From an uncultured Winogradskyella sp. (GTDB lineage Bacteria > Bacteroidota > Bacteroidia > Flavobacteriales > Flavobacteriaceae), in contig NZ_CANLYI010000001.1 in NCBI RefSeq assembly GCF_947495255.1, forward strand, positions 550,044-614,043: 64,000 bases of DNA. The letters run 5' to 3'. The notes below the pieces were generated by a model. It saw only the letters and a program-made list of their open reading frames with translations, did not search any database and was not told the origin of the DNA. Within the stretch, counting starts at the first letter, position 1, and each line of letters opens with the position of its first letter. Both the position numbers and the translations under genes were made by a program. Shown piece by piece: positions 59,266 to 64,000 of the stretch.

Positions 59266-59790
59266 TTATTTTATCTTAAATCCTTCAAGTTCTTTTTTCA
59301 AAGTATTAAATGCACTGTAAATTCTGTACTCGACTACTTTTTGACTTACACCTAAAAATTCAGCAATTTCACTATGTTTTTTTCCTTCAACTTTACTTAA
59401 TAAGAATGCAACTCGATGTTCTTCCTTTAAACTAGAAAGCACCTTATTATATTTTTCTAAGTATTCTTGTTGCTCTAAAATAAACTCTGGCGTTTCATTA
59501 TTATAAGCCTTAGGTTTAATCTTTTGGTAATTTAAAACTACTTTTTGATGCTTATACTCGTTGAGCATCATATTATTTGCAACTGTGAACAAAAAGGATT
59601 TCGCTTTAGCAAAAGTGACTTTTTTACAATTGTCCCATAGTTTCATAAAGGCATCCTGAGCCTTGTCTTTTGGGTTAAAATGCGCTCCATATTTATAGTA
59701 CAAAAAATCATGCAAATCATCTGCGTACTTATTGTAAACACGCTCAAATGTAGATGCTTTGCAAATATTTTCGTTTAGGTCTTTTGGCAA
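59266..59790 (-). CDS. ECF (sigma-70 family) RNA polymerase sigma factor
   Basis: 174 aa. Region 2 (...DAFMKLWDN...) and a region 4 HTH (...HSEIAEFLGVSQKVVEYRIYSA...). Confidence 0.9.
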   Translation of the reverse strand: MPKDLNENICKASTFERVYNKYADDLHDFLYYKYGAHFNPKDKAQDAFMKLWDNCKKVTFAKAKSFLFTVANNMMLNEYKHQKVVLNYQKIKPKAYNNETPEFILEQQEYLEKYNKVLSSLKEEHRVAFLLSKVEGKKHSEIAEFLGVSQKVVEYRIYSAFNTLKKELEGFKIK

Positions 59791-59896
59791 CTTATTTTAG
59801 TTTGCGTTAAAGGTATTGAAATATTTTTTTAAAAAATGTTCAGTAGTTTTTACAACTCAATTGTTATATATTAAATGGCAACTAATTATAGCCATC

Positions 59897-60967
59897 ATGA
59901 AAACAAAGGTTTATATTTTATTATTATTTTCTGCGGTTTTGCTGTTTACATCGTGCCGAAAAGAGGAAACGGAATTTATTGAAGCTCCAGAAGAAGAAAC
60001 ACTTCTTGCTAATTCTAGCATAGCACTATTAATACAACGCACTACTACAAATGATGGTTCTAAAAATAATATTATTGATAAAGCCAACTGTTATAATATT
60101 GCTTTTCCTTATGCTGTAAATGCCAATAGCCAGCCTATAACAATGAATTCTATATCAGATTTTGTAACTGTAGAATGTATTTTTGACGCTTCGGATACTG
60201 ATGTAGATACATTAACTATTCAATTTCCTATTACTATAGTTTTAGCAAATTTCACAGAAATTATAATTAGTAACTCTACAGAACTCACTTCTTATAACGA
60301 TACGTGCAATGGCGAAAATGAAGTAGACGATGATATTGAATGTATAGACTTTCAATACCCAATTGAAGTATCAATCTTCAATACTAATAATGAATTATTA
60401 GAAACTATTAATTTAGAAAGTGATAACCAACTTTATGGATTTGTTTCAAATATAAACACTAATGATATAGTCTCTTTTACATTTCCAATCATGGTAATGC
60501 TTAGTGATGGTTCAGAAATTAGCATTGCTGACTTTAACGAATTAGAAACCACAATTGTAAACGCAATTAACAGTTGCGACGAAGATGATGATTACGATTA
60601 TAATGATGATGATTGCGATGATTGTTTTCCTAATGAAATAAAAGACCTACTAACTAGCTGTTCTGATTGGCAAGTGAATAGATTAAAACGAAATAGTACA
60701 GATTACGATACGGTTTACGATGGTTATACCTTCAATTTTTTTACGGACGGAACATTATCTGTGTATTGGTCTGGCATCACAGCCTATGGAACTTACACAA
60801 CTAGTGGAATCGGTAATGATTTAGAGGTTGTAATTAATGTACCACAACTCCCTTTATGTAATAATAATTGGATTTTACAAGAAGTGAGAAACTGTAGTCT
60901 TGATACTGAAATTGATTTAAGAGTTGGCAATGATGATAGATTGCAATACTATAATAATTGTAATTAA
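59897..60967 (+). CDS. Cys- and Asp-rich lipoprotein of unknown function with a lipocalin-like C-terminal part
   Basis: Start moved to the ATG at 59897 (MKTKVYILLLFSAVLLFTSC lipobox). Three similar Cys-bounded modules, the acidic cluster CDEDDDYDYNDDDCDDC, and a C-terminal YDGYTFNFFTDGTLSVYW. Confidence 0.6.
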   Translation: MKTKVYILLLFSAVLLFTSCRKEETEFIEAPEEETLLANSSIALLIQRTTTNDGSKNNIIDKANCYNIAFPYAVNANSQPITMNSISDFVTVECIFDASDTDVDTLTIQFPITIVLANFTEIIISNSTELTSYNDTCNGENEVDDDIECIDFQYPIEVSIFNTNNELLETINLESDNQLYGFVSNINTNDIVSFTFPIMVMLSDGSEISIADFNELETTIVNAINSCDEDDDYDYNDDDCDDCFPNEIKDLLTSCSDWQVNRLKRNSTDYDTVYDGYTFNFFTDGTLSVYWSGITAYGTYTTSGIGNDLEVVINVPQLPLCNNNWILQEVRNCSLDTEIDLRVGNDDRLQYYNNCN

Positions 60968-60978
60968 AAACATATAAA

Positions 60979-61362
60979 ATGCGAAAGTGGATAATTATAG
61001 TACTCGGTTTAATAATTGCTGCAATTGTTAGCTACAATTACATTTATCAAGACCACAGAACCATTGAAAATGAAACGACAGAATTTGTTATGACTTCACA
61101 AGAAATTAAAAGTCAATTTTCTAAAGAGATAAAAACTGCTGAAACAAATTATTTAAACAAAACGATAGAAGTTTCTGGCTTGGTTTCAGAAATAAACGCA
61201 AAAGATATCACTTTAGATGATAAGGTGTTTTGTCAGTTTTCGGAAACTATTGAAGCTTCAATAAAAAACAATTCAGCCTTAAAAATAAAAGGACGTGTTA
61301 TTGGTTACGACGACTTATTAGAACAAGTAAAATTAGACCAATGCACCATTAATAATAATTAA
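60979..61362 (+). CDS. Membrane-anchored OB-fold protein (tRNA_anti-like family)
   Basis: 127 aa. N-terminal TM; ...NYLNKTIEVSGLVSEI...ALKIKGRVIGYDDLLEQVKLDQC. Confidence 0.6.
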   Translation: MRKWIIIVLGLIIAAIVSYNYIYQDHRTIENETTEFVMTSQEIKSQFSKEIKTAETNYLNKTIEVSGLVSEINAKDITLDDKVFCQFSETIEASIKNNSALKIKGRVIGYDDLLEQVKLDQCTINNN

Positions 61363-61387
61363 CAATAACCATTTAAATTTAATAATT

Positions 61388-61982
61388 ATGAAAACAAGAT
61401 TACTCATTTTAGCACTTATTGGCTTTTTTAGCGTTAACGCACAAACAACATAACCTTGACTGGTTTGCAGGTATTGGGTCAAATGTAGACTTAACAATAA
61501 CTTCAGGCGACACGGTTATTTGGACATGGACCAGCCCAAGTCATACCGTTGAAAATATCGATGGAAGTTCTGTTGAAACTTTTAATAGTGGCTTTCTTGG
61601 CCCAAATGGCTCTACGTTCTCCTAAACCTTTACCGTAGTTGGCGATAATGACTACTTCTGTGGTGTCCATGGAGCTAATTGCATGTCTGGAACTATTACT
61701 GTTGAAGAAAGTTTAGGAATCGATGATGAAACAATAAATACTTTTAAGATTGAAAAAAAACCTGTAGATTCTAACTTAAATATCACTTTGGGGCAATCTA
61801 TTTTAGAAGGTAATGTTGTCATTTACGATTTGTTAGGAAAACAATTTTTAACGACAACCATCAGTAATACAGGCGATATCTCTTTTGATGTTTCCTCACT
61901 GAAGAAAGGACTATATCTCGTTTCTATTAATTCTGAAAACGGTACAGAAACGGAGCTTTTATTAAAAAATAAAGTTCTTTAA
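61388..61982 (+). pseudogene. Type-1 copper (plastocyanin/azurin-like) cupredoxin with a T9SS C-terminal domain, interrupted by one frameshift and one in-frame TAA
   Basis: The signal-peptide frame (MKTRLLILALIGFFSVNAQTT) stops at 61451. The cupredoxin body continues in another frame from about 61449 (HNLDWFAGIG...SHTVEN...). An in-frame TAA lies at 61623-61625 (GSTFS*TFTVVG). Cu ligands H...C-G-V-H-G-A-N-C-M are intact. The C-terminus ...VVIYDLLGKQ...GLYLVSINSENG is T9SS type. Confidence 0.65.
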
Positions 61983-62015
61983 AAACTCGATTTACTTAAA
62001 TTTAATAACTCAACT

Positions 62016-62870
62016 ATGAAATATACTTTTTTATGCTCACTGCTATTTGCATGCTTGTTTTTAGGTGCTCAAGAAGAAGATTTATTAAGTGAAATAGATA
62101 CAGATTCTGTTACAGATAATTTTGTAACCGCAGCTTTTAAAGGGTTAAAAATTGTAAACTTTGAATCTACAAAACTAGTCGCAAAAGAAGAGTTAACCAT
62201 GGTTGTCTCACATCGCTTTGGAAGCATAGAAAATGGTTTTGATAGTTTCTTTGGGTTAGATGATGCTGTTACAAGACTTAATTTTGTTTACGGACTTACA
62301 GACGCTTTTAATGTAAGTGTTTCTAGAAGTTCGTTTCAGAAAATTTATGAGGCATCAGCAAAATATAGATTAGTAAGACAGAAAGAAAACGGGTTTCCGT
62401 TTACCATTGTTGGCTATAATTCAATACTTATAAATTCCGCATTAGAAAAAGAAAATTTACCGAAGTTAGAATTTAAAGATCGCTTAGGTTACACAGTACA
62501 ACTGTTAATCTCTAAAAAAATAAATTCAAAATTGTCGTTAGAATTAGCGCCTACGTTTTTTCACGACAATTTTGTGGCTTATAATGATCAACACAACTCA
62601 CAATATGCCCTTGGTTTTGGTGGACGACATAAACTAGCAAAACGTTGGTCTATAAATGTAGATTACGGCTGGCATTTAAACAGAGCAGAAAACTCGCCTT
62701 TTAAAAACCCATTATCCATTGGTTTCGATTTAGAAACTGGAGGTCATGTTTTTCAAATGCATTTCTCTAATGCGCAGGCCATGAATACAAACGGGTTTTT
62801 AGGACAAGCCACAGGAGATTGGAGTGATGGGAATATTTATTTTGGGTTTAATTTAAGTAGAGTGTTCTAA
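62016..62870 (+). CDS. DUF5777-like outer-membrane beta-barrel protein
   Basis: 284 aa. Signal peptide; ...VVSHRFGSIENGFDSFFGLDDAVTRLNFVYGLTD... C-terminal ...YFGFNLSRVF. Confidence 0.6.
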   Translation: MKYTFLCSLLFACLFLGAQEEDLLSEIDTDSVTDNFVTAAFKGLKIVNFESTKLVAKEELTMVVSHRFGSIENGFDSFFGLDDAVTRLNFVYGLTDAFNVSVSRSSFQKIYEASAKYRLVRQKENGFPFTIVGYNSILINSALEKENLPKLEFKDRLGYTVQLLISKKINSKLSLELAPTFFHDNFVAYNDQHNSQYALGFGGRHKLAKRWSINVDYGWHLNRAENSPFKNPLSIGFDLETGGHVFQMHFSNAQAMNTNGFLGQATGDWSDGNIYFGFNLSRVF

Positions 62871-62881
62871 AAAAATAAATT

Positions 62882-63241
62882 ATGAAAATTAAAAACTTAT
62901 TATACCTTTTATTAGTCATTTCATTTTACAATTGTTCTTACGTCAATGAAGATGATTTAACTGAAAATCTCAGTGAAGACCTGGTTAATTACGAAGATAA
63001 TATAAAAACCATCATTGATAATAACTGTATTGCCTGCCACAACAATCCGCCTGTAAACGGAGCTCCAATGTCATTAACCACTTATTCTAATGTCAAAGAT
63101 GCTATTGAAAATAGGAGCTTGATTAACCGTATTTCGTCTACAGATTTAGGATTTTCGATGCCATTTGGTGGGCCAAGATTACCTCAAAACTTAATAGACC
63201 TCCTTCTTTTATGGGAAGCAGAAGGGTTAATTGAAAATTAA
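62882..63241 (+). CDS. Small lipoprotein with a c-type haem-binding motif (PSCyt1-like)
   Basis: 119 aa. Lipobox-like SFYNC, a CIACH (CxxCH) motif, downstream ...MPFGGPRLPQNLIDLLLLWEAEG. Confidence 0.6.
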   Translation: MKIKNLLYLLLVISFYNCSYVNEDDLTENLSEDLVNYEDNIKTIIDNNCIACHNNPPVNGAPMSLTTYSNVKDAIENRSLINRISSTDLGFSMPFGGPRLPQNLIDLLLLWEAEGLIEN

Positions 63242-63253
63242 AAAAACAGCTAT

Positions 63254-63802
63254 ATGAAAACGTTCACATTTATAATATTAGTATTAATTGGATTGAGTAC
63301 CACTGCCCAAAATAGGTATTTAACCAAAACTGGTTCACTATCATTTGAAGCTTCCGTACCTTCTTTTGAAGAAGTCGCAGCAAAAAACAATGTAGTAACC
63401 GCAATTTTAAACACTGAAACGGGTGAATTTGCAGCGCTAGCTTTAGTTAAAGCATTTCGATTTAAAAATGCTTTGATGGAAGAGCATTTTAATGAAAACT
63501 ATGCTGAATCTGATGATTATCCTAAAGCAATATTTAAAGGAAAAATAGATGATTTCGATATCGCAAAATTAAATGAGTTAAACACAGAAATGCTTATTTA
63601 TGGATCTCTTACGTTTCATGGCGTTACTAAGGATTTAAAATCTATTACTTTAACTCTAAAGTTAGTGGACAACACTATTACTTTATCTGGTAGTTTTAAA
63701 GTAATGGTTTCGGACTTTAAAATTGAGATTCCTAAAATTGTAAAGAACAAATTATCTGATGAAGTTTCTGTGGCTTTTGAGTTCGAACTTGTAAAGAAGT
63801 AA
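63254..63802 (+). CDS. YceI-family periplasmic protein
   Basis: 182 aa. Signal peptide; ...KTGSLSFEA...; ...LTFHGVTKD...; lipocalin-like YceI pattern. Confidence 0.8.
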   Translation: MKTFTFIILVLIGLSTTAQNRYLTKTGSLSFEASVPSFEEVAAKNNVVTAILNTETGEFAALALVKAFRFKNALMEEHFNENYAESDDYPKAIFKGKIDDFDIAKLNELNTEMLIYGSLTFHGVTKDLKSITLTLKLVDNTITLSGSFKVMVSDFKIEIPKIVKNKLSDEVSVAFEFELVKK

Positions 63803-63878
63803 CTTTACCAAATCTTAAAAACACATCTTTAATAAAAATAGTCACACTTAAGACACCAGTATATATATTTGAAAAAAA

Positions 63879-63924
63879 ATAAGTTTTATCAAAAAAAACT
63901 AATAAGTCACATCAAAAAAAACTA
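63879..63924. repeat. Tandem 23-bp direct repeat (2 units)
   Basis: ataagttttatcaaaaaaaacta (63879-63901) and ataagtcacatcaaaaaaaacta (63902-63924) differ only at 3 adjacent positions. Confidence 0.6.
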
Positions 63925-64000
63925 AAATAACAACACCATATATAATATAAAGATTGTTATTTGTTTTATACCAAGTAAATTTTAGAAATCATTTGGTATT

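Noticed and set aside
61623-61625. In-frame TAA codons (61623 and 55873) as evidence of stop-codon reassignment or programmed readthrough
   Set aside because: TAA is the normal terminator of most confident genes in this window, so reassignment is untenable. Both loci carry an additional frameshift, which fits ordinary pseudogenisation or sequence error better.
63879-63924. Tandem 23-mers and the dispersed hairpin repeats considered as a CRISPR array
   Set aside because: There are only two adjacent units with no spacers, and the dispersed hairpins are not regularly spaced. No cas genes are present.

Overview
AT-rich chromosomal segment with the hallmarks of a Flavobacteriaceae (Bacteroidota) genome: TAnnTTTG -7 promoter boxes, several TonB-dependent receptors, T9SS C-terminal sorting domains and many SpII-type lipoproteins. 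Most of it is core housekeeping. Left to right: glgA-like/DUF4270/glmS; a TonB receptor with an SGNH lipoprotein; atpD-atpC; an SOS mutagenesis cassette (XRE-HTH/S24 non-canonical LexA, divergent from dnaE2 and a Y-family polymerase); a MocR regulator divergent from a small TonB receptor; a YqiJ/NfeD-flotillin membrane module; recX; a 1681-aa T9SS surface protein; a leftward TonB receptor-recO-PorZ-like block; gdhA; a Cys/Met PLP enzyme; a Na+/H+ antiporter; an ArsC-like/EamA/GNAT-like operon; yicC, gmk, nadD, yraN, an LD-carboxypeptidase, metG, tex and ferritin. I found no tRNA, rRNA, CRISPR array, transposase, integrase or recognisable defence genes. The least ordinary part is the right end (about 55.1-63.8 kb). 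It holds a small basic Cys-rich ORF whose only ATG is one frame off across an A7 run, and a decayed gene remnant. It also holds an ECF sigma/FecR/STN-TonB cell-surface-signalling trio, transcribed divergently from an uncharacterised cluster of exported proteins. That cluster comprises an acidic Cys-rich lipoprotein, an OB-fold protein, a type-1 copper cupredoxin with a T9SS domain carrying two lesions, a DUF5777-like barrel, a CxxCH lipoprotein and YceI. Other points worth a look: a duplicated ACTACA motif in the LexA-like/dnaE2 promoter, a nested 126-bp palindromic element between dnaE2 and the Y-family polymerase, a 545-bp repeat-filled non-coding region with a strong leftward-oriented terminator hairpin, and two paralogous small membrane proteins. 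All calls come from reading the ORF translations and the DNA by eye; no database search was run.
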